Shown: positions 37,211 through 48,110 of the stretch, in pieces
How positions within the stretch are numbered: position 1 is the first letter of the stretch
Layout of the letters: every line of letters starts with the position of its first letter
DNA from: Catajapyx aquilonaris
Taxonomy: Eukaryota
Direction of reading: 5' to 3'
NCBI GenBank assembly: GCA_000934665.2
Contig: JYFJ02002538.1
Location: 1-55,160 of the forward strand
DNA length: 55,160 nt
Made by a program: the position numbers and the translations under genes
The notes under the pieces: generated by a model
Seen by the model: only the letters and a program-made list of their open reading frames with translations
The model's database searches: none
What the model was told of the DNA's origin: nothing

Positions 37211-38589
37211 GTGGGTCTGGAACGTGGGCCATCCAGAGGGAGTCGGGGAAGGAGTCCGGGAAGGGCAAGAACAGGTCGTCGGCTGTAAGGGGGGCAAAAG
37301 CCGTCTGCTTGTTTCGAACACTGCTGCTGCTGCTGGCGAAGAATTCCACTTCTGAGGCTGTACATAATAATAACTATAGTAATTATGTCTAATTAGCACA
37401 CAATTGGAAAATCTAGATTTGCACATCATTATATTGAAATTTTCTTAATGGTGCTGTGGTTATGATCACGGTTTATAGAAGCGTTAGAGAATTTTAAAAG
37501 TGTAAATAATTGTGTTGATTTTTAGAACGTTCGTGATTTGAAGAGTTGCATGTTGTTTGTGAAAATCAAAATTTCAAGAAACGAGTGGATCTTGCAACCC
37601 TGTTTGAGGCATGATGTTAGCAAACCTTACGAGAGGGGACAATGCAATTAACTCCACTGATAGACTGTACTCCCAATTATCCATGTTGTGGACTATTCAT
37701 GCATCGCCAAACAATTAAAGTCCAAAAGAATGTCAGTATGGCTTGCGAACAAATAAATCCAACAAGACTTTTTCCAGAAAACAAAATAATCTGTTAAGTT
37801 TCATTGTCTTGATTACACCTGATTTCAAGCAGAACACAATAATGTACAAGTCATAAAAAAACGGTAAATAGCTGATTTTTATATTTTGTAGGACCATTTT
37901 CGGATTATCTGTTTTTCCCTATTATTATCTGGCCACATCCGTGCATCCATTAGCACATAATAATCGGGATTACAGTGTGTGTCAATTTTAATGGACAGCT
38001 TTCAGTCCTGTAGAATTGCTCATCTTCCATCATTTCCATTTCAAAAGTGAAGGTTTTAAAACGTTCATAACGCAAATGTGAACTTAATATTTAAATTCGA
38101 AGGGTGATTTCCATGATCGATTGTGCAGTGACCAACAGTAATTTTTATTGGGAGTTGTACCTAGTAATAATAATAGCCTATTATTACATGAAAATGCAAA
38201 ACTCATTTTGTAAATATCTGTTCTCTGAGCAGTGACAGTCGAGGCTTGAAAGTTGAGAATTTGCAATTTCTTTGCATTTTCTCTGGCTACAGCAGGCACT
38301 GGGAACATGCCAGAATCGGTATTGTACTTTTCCTGAGAATGGTTGTCACATGCACTGGAAGGGAGGATTTGAGTCCTTGCCCATCGGAAGTAAAAGCTGA
38401 ATACAGTATACTTATGCTCAGTCCAGACATGTTTCCTGCATATCATCGGTGATCATGCAAAACCTCGTATCTTCCATTGGTTTTTGCTGGAGATACGAGG
38501 TTTTGCATGATCACCTACGATATGCTGTATATGGCTATGTGGATAATTTGACTGCATTACTCAGATTATTAATACTTCACAGCAGAAAC

Positions 38590-41500
38590 ATGGAGGAAGA
38601 ACATGATGTTGGCAAAGGCAGCAGTCGTAGAACTGGAGGAAGCCAGACTGAGAACTTGACAGGAGGTGATGGAAACAAGTCCGCAGAAGCAAACTCAGCA
38701 TTTCATGAAGATGGTTCTGCAATTATTGTAGAAGAAGGTGAAATTCAACCTGCACTTGATGAAGACGGAGAAGATTCTTCAGTTCAGGAAGATGATGAGG
38801 ACAGCCAGTGGGAAACAATGGATGAAGACGACACTATGGATGAAGACACTATGGATGAAGAAAGTGACAGCCAGTCTGGAACTACAGATGGTGATAAGGA
38901 CAACTGGTTTAAAAACTTTTGCGCCACTGTAGTTGGCGTCCTGGATTCCAGAAACCAGCCTTATCGAGGAGATGACTGGCGTTTTCATTACAGCACGTAA
39001 GTTACCTGTTTTTTCATTGTGGAATGGATGCCTTGATTTATGGGGCAAGTGGATGTTTTTACTCGCATCATTATCGACTCATTATCATCATCATGTCTTT
39101 TTACTTTCAAGCGATAGTTTGGATGATGGACTGAAGTCAGCAATAATGGACGGAGATGTGAAGAAAGTGAAATCTTACTTCTCGAGCTCTAGACGTCATT
39201 CAACGAAGGACATAATGGGCCTCTCACTGATGTATGCAATTGAAAAAAAGAATTCTGCAAGTGTTTCCAAACTTCTCACCATAGGTAAATATTATTAATA
39301 CAGTACCATCATATACGTAGTGCCATTAGTGGGCTAAAAAATTCGGGTAGCATTTTCATCACACTGCTAGTTACAGCTAACTTAGCAGTACCAGTGTTTT
39401 TCACACTATGTCACTCTGTTCTGCTAATTATTATTGCAAGTTTTTGGGATGCAAATGTTAGCCATTCATAGACATATGCATTCATATTTATACAGTGCTG
39501 GACACATTAGCTGTCTCTGAATGTTTTTTTTCCGTCAGCAACGGCCCAGGGTTACCTGGGCCGTTGCTGACGGGAAAAAAAAAACAGTAGCAGTGATATG
39601 CAGGAAAAAATGGGAAAATGATGATATTAGAAGCAATCAACTTTGGGACAATTATCCCTGGACTCATAGAAAGGTTTTCGTCCACAGCACATGAAATATA
39701 TTCCATCCCTGAGGAGGGGGTGTCAATTAATATTAGGGGTGTGCTAATTCAATGTGCGTCAATTGATGGATTCTTTCGGTTTTTGTGTCTTTAACGCGTA
39801 ATTCGACCACCGCTAAAACGAATGGAGACCATGCCCTGTATGTCAGACACGGCGTCTGTCTCGTAATTTGTCCCCATGAGACTTCATATATCAAAATGAC
39901 CTTCCCCATATACGAGTAGGCCTACGTGTCATTCGCATCATATTCGCGCCAGGAAATTAAAGGACATCTCAAGCAACCTCCCATGTCTGATGTAGCCGGA
40001 AAGTGCCCCAACCCGTTGTGATCCTGAACCCTGCACCTTACTTATGACCATGCTTACGACGAGTCCCTTACCCAACCAACCTTATACCCAGTGACCCTCT
40101 CATCCACCCACTGCTTCCCTTCCACCCATTACCCTGACCTTGATTGGGAGTTGATGACATTCAGTGTGGACCTTATTTTATTAAATTGGCAGACAAGAGC
40201 ACACCGAACACTTTCCCGACCATCCATTCTGTGACTCCATCACAGCATGTGGCGAGTGTGATGAAAATAAAACAGTTTCTCAAAATAAAAATGTCCCCCC
40301 CAGCTCGCTTATCCCTGTGCCCATCGCCTGATATTACCACCTGTAGAACAGCACCGCCTCTGGCAGGAATTGATGCAATTAATGAGCACAGTAAAATGAA
40401 AAGCAAAGAGTTCCAGGCAAAACAAACTTCCCCCCTAAAGAGCCGATGGCTGATAACGGGGTATGAATTATTTTATATTTATTTCTTCCAGTCATTCATC
40501 TATATCAGGTCAGGAAAGTAGCTTGACCACTGCTGATTTTGCTCTAAAATTCTGGTGAATAGGTATCAGTACACCCCATTGTGAGATCCAAAGTATTAGC
40601 TGTCTAGGATAGTATCTCATTGGCATATTTAAATCAACAATAATATTCCACTGCCAAACTATCTATTGTTATATTTTATGGGAAGACATGATATTTCTAT
40701 CAAATGAATGGCAATGAAAAGATGAACATGAAGGTAGAATATATTGCTGTTGACATTATGGTGAAAAGTGATTGTTACAAATTAATTCACAAGTAGGTAA
40801 ATTGTTCCTTCACGGCTAGCAAGAACTTCTAGCATGTGGACAGACACCTAAGCGCTTTGTTATAGGAAATGATAACTATTGAGTGTCTGTTGAATTTTTC
40901 ACCTTTCAGGTGGCATGGATGTTAAGTATCGGATGTTTGAAGGGGGAGACTCACCTTTACAGGAAGCTGCATCTAGCGGTTCAGCTGAAATTGTTAAAAT
41001 TTTGCTTGACCATGGTGCCAATCCAAATCAGCAGGACTACTATGGATGGATAGCTATGCATTCTGGTAAGTATGTGCTGCATGTGCAATGGAAGTAGTCA
41101 TTTTCATGAAATGGATGCTTAGATGGTGCACCTGCAGGGTGTATAGCAGTGCTTCCCAATTTCTTTCGTTGGCGACCCCAGAAACAGTCTCTGGTATAAT
41201 GCAAGCAATTTTAGTAGGAAAAGCAAACAAGCCACTGCCAGATTGGAGGGAGTGATTGGCTTTCTACCAATTTCTCTCGTGCTTTTCCCCCATCTCTACC
41301 TGCCCTTCAACGTCACCCCCACAATGTCCAAAGATACTTTGAGAAAACTTGTGAAGAGCTGGCAATACCATGCTGGCTGACACTTTAGCTGGTTGGTCCT
41401 CTTTACAATTGATGGCGACACGGTGGTGTAGTGGTTAATGCCACAGCCTTCCACCTCTAAGGTCCCGAGTTAGATCCCTGGGTCGGATGGATGACACTAT

Positions 41501-44166
41501 CTTATGTGGAAGAGTTTCGATGGGTTCTCGCCGTGTTTGCGTGGGTTTTCTCAGGGTTGCCCCCGGTTGCCCCATTACCTCCCACTACCAAAAACCCATT
41601 GCACGAATGCCAGATAGTCTTAGTTGCTTTGGCACACACAACAAAACCAATCTTTACATTATTGCATTTGTAAGATGTTACGGCTGGAATCAGGTGGCCA
41701 ACAGCCCAGGGAGGCCTGCTAGCTACCCAGCCAGATTTAGCATGCCTTTGGTTGGAACTGTACATGCTAGCATGACACAGGTGGGTTCCACCTGGTCTTG
41801 TACAGAAAGATTAGAGGTGATGCCCAGAATAACCAATCATGGTTGGCTGTCTTCAGTTATGTTGGTCAGTGTTTATATCCAAGGAAAATCAAAAGTCGAT
41901 TTTTAAAGAGCACATTTTTACACTGCACGTGGGTGACAATATGAATTTGTATTTTTTTGGGTGGTTCCACCAATTCTTTCTACACACTCCCAGGTACACT
42001 CCAGCTATGGCTTTGTCTTTTACAAGTGCCCTTTTTAAAACCTAAAATTGTGGTCAATTTTTTTACTGATATTATTTTACGAATGTGAATGAGAACCATG
42101 AAATTAATATTTTTATTGATAAGGGTGCGAACAAGGTGTGAAGCTAGCAACTAATGAAACATTTTCTTGATAATTCCAGCTTTAGGAGAATCCTACCGTG
42201 AAAATAACCTGGAAATAGCCGCCTTACTTTTGGAGGCAGGAACAGACCTGAATAAACGGTACGCCTCGGTAAAAGGAGGAGAAGATGATGGAGAATGCTT
42301 TGATCCAGCCTGTGATTGTGAACGTGAGGAAGTAAGGGTTAACATTTTAAAACACTTGAAAACTAATTGATTAGGTGCAGTCTGGTAACATTTGCATTTA
42401 TCCTTTTCAGTGTGATAAGATGATAGTCAATAGGTCACGATTTGGATTTGATGTACATACTCTGCTTCACTATGTTGCAATGGAAGGTAATGTGTCATCA
42501 TTGAAATTTCTGCTAGAGCAGGAGGGCTCGAATGCAGTATATATGAACTGCCAGTAAGTGCATTGAAGGAATTTATTTCATCTTAATTATAATGAATGAT
42601 ACTTGTAAGCATGATCATGCATTCTTTGTGTTACTAAATCAAGTAATTAATATGCCAATTATTTCCTTGGCCCAAAACAAGTGTAAGATTTATGGCCAAG
42701 AAATGTTGGGATTGTTTGCTGATCACTGGATATAGTATGCCATGAATGGCCCACAGCCGTCCTTCTTCCTCCCCACCTTCCCCGCCTTTCTTATCCTATT
42801 CGTATCACATTTGTGTTGTCACTGGGACCATAATTGTTGTCCCAAAGCAAGTAAAATTGTAGGGGGTGATCAATGTCAATGCTTCATGTGTTTGCAGTGA
42901 TTTTCTAGGGAGCATGGTGTGAGTTTTATGATGGTTACTATGCAAGAGATGATGATTTTGCACCATTTCCTGATGCACAGTGACTGCTGTTGACCATAAT
43001 CACTCTCGTGTCCTACTCGCTAGGCAACCGTTTCAAACATGTGGACTGTTCTGCTTGCCTTTTGTTGCAGTGTGAATCGGCGCGAAAGTCTTGGGGCAGG
43101 AAAATGTGTCTGGTCATTTACCTCACTAGTGGTTGATCCCTCAACATTTTTCACCCCTACTGTACGTTTTAGACTGGGTCAAGAACTGATTACCCAACAT
43201 TCTCTTGCCTGGCTTTCAAACTTGCACCCAAACTATGTGACTACTTCCAAGTTGATGGAATTCTAAAACACAGCAAAACCTATTCACCTTGTTGTTGCGC
43301 CATTTACAGCTGCTGTAATGGTGCATTTCTAGCCACGTGCTGTTTGTAAACACTGAAAAGTAGTTGGAGTTTCCTCCTGTTCTTTTATTTGTGCTTATTA
43401 TAATAACTCCTCATTTCAAGCAGAGGGCAACAGTCAGCTAACACACCGACTGACTTATTTGAAAAGGGAAAGATGCATATGCTATGCAGTGAAACCATAA
43501 TGGATCCTGAGGGTAGTGGAAACTTGTCCATTGCGGAATTATATCTGGGAACTGACATAGGACATGCAATGTATCTTTTGACTGATGTAGCAGAAACCTG
43601 TCCAGTATGTAAAATTTTTTGTGGTCCTGTTCAATTCCACTCTGCACAGGTTTCTCTGTATTGACTACTTACTTGCAACCTTCAAGTTAATAATCACCAG
43701 AACAAAGTACTATGAAGGGGATCATGCCCTTGCTTACCCATGGCAGTGATTGACTTAGCAGTCATCTTGAGCCACACAATAAAAAGTGTTACTGAATGAT
43801 CGGTACAAGTAGTGACAGTACTAATTAAGTAAAAATCCAGCCAAGTTTGCCATCAGTTGTTTGCGAAAGTACAGAAATTATTTGGTATGGAGAAGTAGGA
43901 ACTGGAAGTAAAAAAGGAAGATTGAAAAATAAGAACACAAAAAAATGAAACAAGGCCAGGTGTGAGCCTGCAGCCTTGCGATCTGTTGACACCTGCACAA
44001 CCAGCTCACTTACCCCGGCACAGCTACAATGGCTGATAGAGAACTGATCAACTGATAGAGAACTTTGACTTAGGGGAAGTTCGACTTATGAAAGTCTTAC
44101 TCTTAAGGATTTTTAATGGACTTACCCAGCCGTAAGCCCCTTACACAAGCCCTTACACAAGAACAA

Positions 44167-44203
<37 letters not shown>

Positions 44204-47107
44204 AAGCTGCAAACATCAAGTTTTAAAAACACTGGCAATCAAGCATCAAGCTTCCAGTCAGATCATCCATCCAACCAGACAACCAGTCCATGAACATCAA
44301 ATCCTATGAAAGTCTTACTGTAGTATGTCTCTTTGAGTCTTGACATGTGATGGGAAAAGGGCCTTTTACAAAATCTTTTCTTCTCTTCCAAGGATGAGGT
44401 TGGAGTAACTCCTCTTATGATGTCGTTAATTTTTAAGCGGCAGGAAATTTTTGATGTTTTGATGGAATTTGGAGCTGATTGTAATTGGCACAGAGATAAG
44501 GATAAGTGCTTGCCACTACACCATGCTCTAAGGCTTGGGAACAGCAAGTAAGTCTCTTGTCAAGTGTAAAGTTTGCGCACAAGAATTATTTTATATTTAC
44601 TTCTAGAGCTGCAGAAGTGCTCTTGAAGAAAATGGATCCACATGTCCTGGAAAAGTATGGCAAGAAGAGAGCCAGAGTGATGGACATCTTTTCTCTGGCA
44701 TGCAAGAACAGGTAAGGATTGAAATTTAACTACACCTCACCACAACATAATGTGATAAAGGGAGCCTTGTCTGCTAAAAACATTGCAATTTCAATTCAGT
44801 TTGCATGTTTTCATCTTGTTAAACACACCAGCTGACAGGCCTGTGTGTTATGTTGTGGAATTGATCCAAATTAGGCAGAGATTACCTTTATGAGTGGGAG
44901 TCTGTCTAGGTCTCCACATAACCCCCTTTGCGTACTTGGTAGAGTTGATATCTGGTGCTCAATTCCTGCCACGTGTTTTGTAACATTTTTGGAGTAATGT
45001 TTGCGAACGCTGCAGACAGTGTATGAATCTCCCATCTTACCTCGCCAAACGGACTGAATTTCAACTTAGTACGGCTTGTGTGTTGATTGTAATACATACT
45101 TTAAATTATCCCTACCCTGACGGATCACTGTATTTTGTAATCATTATCGGCATGAGATGCACATGTGAAAAGTGTTTTACCTCTTTTCATTTTTTATATT
45201 TCCAGCTTTCAGTCCATCTCACTTCTCCTGGAGAAAGGATTCACTTTTGAAACCCTATGTTCATGGACTGATAGGAGCATTGGTGGAGTACTTGACATTT
45301 GCTTTGCCATAAAAACCTCCCCATGGCATTTTGCAACTCCTTTTGTGTCCATGCTTGTGCACACTGAACCAAAGTTGGCCAACTATAAATGCTGCCTGCC
45401 ATTGACCCTTCTGTTGGGGTCCCAATGCGACAAGGTGTTGCCAAATTTGACGAAGTTTGCAGCCCAAGGTAGATATGCAACTATTTGTAGCCATTTGTAT
45501 GAATGTTAGTCCTAAATATGGAACAAGTGCTACTTTCTTATTGTGCTGCAAAATTCTATGGCCAAGAGTAGGCTATATTGTAGGCTCTACAGCGTAAAAA
45601 TGGGATGAAATGAGGACCTACTTGATTTTTACAGCCTATTTAAGGGCCTATTTTGACTGTTTTCAGGGCCTAAATGCCTACCTACTTGAGGGTTTTTAAG
45701 AAGCTAGAAATTCGTTCCTTACTCATCACCTATGTGCATGTAGTACAGTGTTGGACATTAATGATGTCATACTGCTAGTGACATTTTCCAAAGTGGTACA
45801 AGAACGATTTGAAGCAATGGATAGTGCAAGCCATGCGAGCAAGACAGATTCTTCTGCTTCTTCGGAAAATGTCGCTAGCAGTATGACGTGATTAATGTCC
45901 AACACTATACTACTTTCCCCATAAGCATGGCAGTAGTTTGCAGAGGACTGTCTATGCGGCAACTGGTAGGAGCCTATGTACCATTTTCAAGTGGGAGTGT
46001 GTGGGCCAACGGCCAAGCAGTGTTGCAAAAATTTGGCAATGGGTCCACTCCTAGTTATATTATGTTGGTAGACTTGATACTACAGTAACACTTCCATCCC
46101 AAGGGAAAAAGCCCTGTCTGTAAAACCGGTAAGGACTTATACTCTTAGGGCATTAACCTGTCCATTCCGACCAAGATGGGAGTGGTACAGAAATTCAGTG
46201 AAGATTTTGTAATTTTGTTCTGCTAGAAACAAAAGTAGGGGGGACATGACCTGGCTTAATTTTTCCCTGATTTTTAAGTTGAAGGTCTCATTCAATTCAT
46301 TCAGTTGTCTTTTTTCATGGAATTAAAATATGGCCACACTTTCTCACCAGGCATGCAGGTGAACCCGCCTCCAAACTCAGATTCTGCGCCTACCCTGCCC
46401 ACTTGCCATATGACGTACAATGCTGACATCTCGGATGACATGTGGTTGCAAATTTTTTCATTTTTGGAAGAAAATGGATTCGACCCCGATTACACCAGTT
46501 GTCAGAATTCCATTGGATTTCCAGATATGCTAGTGTGTGCCTCCATGAACAATGCTCGGGTGCTTGCCTTCCTGTTAAGGTTCAGCAGGAATACACCAGT
46601 TGCTCTGCTGGAAAAGTGGACCTGCTTTCTAGCACAGCTCGAGAGGAATGGGAATCGTCTTACAGAATCTTGCTCAGCACTGTTTGCAAAGCGAATGAAA
46701 GGCATGGCTCTGGTTTGCACCACACTGGGGATTCCTTCGACCCAAAGGGTGAAGGTGAAGCAGTTTGAGGATGCAGTGAAAGCTGTGACTGGCGTTGAGA
46801 GCGACTGGGACCACATATACAGTGGCATGGGTTAGATTTTCATTTTATTGAAATTGGCTATAGTCAATGCCTGTTTGTCAGTATTAGCAAGTTTTTTTAA
46901 AAACTGCCTCCTTGGAACTTTTCAGATCCTGTGCCACCCCTTCAGCAAATGTGCAGGACAACCGTTCGCTCACTGCTGTCCGAGAGGCTGAGCCCTGGAC
47001 AGTTGATGAAGGATGCAGTTGAGGGGTTCAAAATTCCTGCTCTTGTTGCGTCATTTCTTTTGTACAAAGATATTGAAATTATGCAGTTCCTTCTTGAGCT
47101 TCAATGA
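38590..47107 (+). CDS. ASB-like copy 2, about 762 aa if fully spliced; acceptor of coding exon 6 is mutated. Exons 38590-38996, 39112-39284, 40910-41065, 42180-42331, 42411-42553, (44392)-44547, 44607-44711, 45206-45468, 46279-46830, 46926-47107
   Basis: Exon-for-exon paralog of copy 1 with open frames and an intact SOCS box (PLQQMCRTTVRSLL...IPALVASFLLY). The acceptor CCAG|G of copy 1 reads CCAAG here (44388-44392). Confidence 0.82.
39532..39573. repeat. Perfect 19-bp inverted repeat with 4-nt loop, flanked by T and A tracts
   Basis: CCGTCAGCAACGGCCCAGG-GTTA-CCTGGGCCGTTGCTGACGG. Confidence 0.9.
41414..41595 (+). mobile_element. Diverged copy of the tRNA/V-domain SINE (head and core only)
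   Basis: GGCGACACGGTGGTGTAGTGGTTAATGCC...GGTCCCGAGTTAGATCC...GTTTCGATGGGTTCTCGCCGTGTTTGCGTGGGTTTTCTC aligns to 20484-20650. Confidence 0.85.
44102..44304. mobile_element. 203-bp insertion containing (CA)n, flanked by a 15-bp direct repeat (probable retroposon fragment)
   Basis: TATGAAAGTCTTACT at 44087-44101 and 44305-44319; (CA)n at about 44169-44198. Confidence 0.6.
44905..45130 (-). mobile_element. Relic of the C-terminus of a rosa/maT-like (DD41D/DD37D) transposase
   Basis: Translation ...LSAAFANITPKMLQNTWQELSTRYQLYQVRKGGYVET* resembles the C-terminal helix and GxHxE end of these transposases. The relic ends in CACTG-TA. Confidence 0.5.
45746..45907. mobile_element. 162-bp MITE, Tc1/mariner type
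   Basis: Roughly 45-bp TIRs start CAGTGTTGGACATTAAT with TA flanks; a second copy lies at 50451-50612. Confidence 0.9.
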
Positions 47108-47352
47108 GCTTCCAAAAATGAGAATATTAGCAACTTTGAGAAATGAACAACACATTTGCTTAACCCTTCATCTCAGTATTATATACTTCATGGACGTGTG
47201 CTAGAAGTGTGTGACTTATATAATTGAGATGGACTGTTAAGTGATTGTACATAGTTTTACTAAATTCTCAAAGAAGCAGATTTTTGTTAATGCACAATAT
47301 TTGGACATGACTGTGCGAGTTTTTTTTTTTTTTAAATTTCTAATTACATTGA

Positions 47353-47358
47353 AATAAA
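47353..47358 (+). terminator. Polyadenylation signal of ASB copy 2
   Basis: AATAAA in the same context as 35379. Confidence 0.7.
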
Positions 47359-47899
47359 GTGTCACTTGTTGGCTGATGAGACTTATGGCAGTGGTTTTTA
47401 TATGAGAAGAGTGCTCATTAGATAATTTAAAACCACTCTTCTACTTGGACCCTTCCTGGTCAACTTTTTGTACTGTATTATACCAGGTAGAGGTTGAGGC
47501 TTTCGGATTTCATTTCAGAGGAACGGCATGTAAGTAATAGGTAAATGCAAGCTGTCTACAAACAAGGTACTAAATAATCGCATCAATTATCCTTGCCCTG
47601 GAGTACATTGGCATAATTATGGTACCTTTCCATCCAATTGAACCCAGGCATTTTACGTAATAATTACTTCTACAATTGCACTTCCACTTATGCGATACGT
47701 GGGGTGATAAATCGCATTTGCGCATATTGCTATCTTCCCTGCAAAACACACAGCTGCAAGCACAAATGTTAGATTAATTAATTCCCAGGCGGCACTGTAC
47801 TGTTAATTATTATAATAATTATAATTATAATTATAATTTCAGTGCTAGTCAGTGGAGAAGTCGAACGCGCAACGTGAGTGGCTGGATATGTCCCTTGGA

Positions 47900-48011
47900 G
47901 TCATCTGATTGGCCGTGATGTTCGCCCACTCCAATGGGGATAGTGACTAGAACGTGTAAACCTTCCCCAAAAGTGTTCGAAAAAGAAAAAAAAAAAAAGA
48001 TGGCGGCTTGA
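47900..48011 (+). promoter_or_regulatory. Promoter and start region of ASB copy 3
   Basis: CTGATTGG and CCAAT boxes (about 47905-47935) and a full YY1 consensus AAGATGGCGGC (47997-48007). Confidence 0.65.
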
Positions 48012-48110
48012 TCGGTTGGGCAGAGAGATCGTGTCTTTCATCGAATCCGATTCTATCCGGCCCCTTTTCGTGCAGTGTCAGCCAGGCCAACTGCCAACAG
48101 GGTTGCTTCG

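Noticed and set aside
41147..41180. hAT-like terminus CAGTGCTTCCCAA
   Set aside because: No matching second end or 8-bp TSD found, so the element cannot be delimited.
19156..47650. Copies 1 and 2 as a false (haplotig) duplication
   Set aside because: Extensive coding divergence, indels and entirely different TE content are too great for alleles, although local polishing collapse in the near-identical tracts cannot be excluded.
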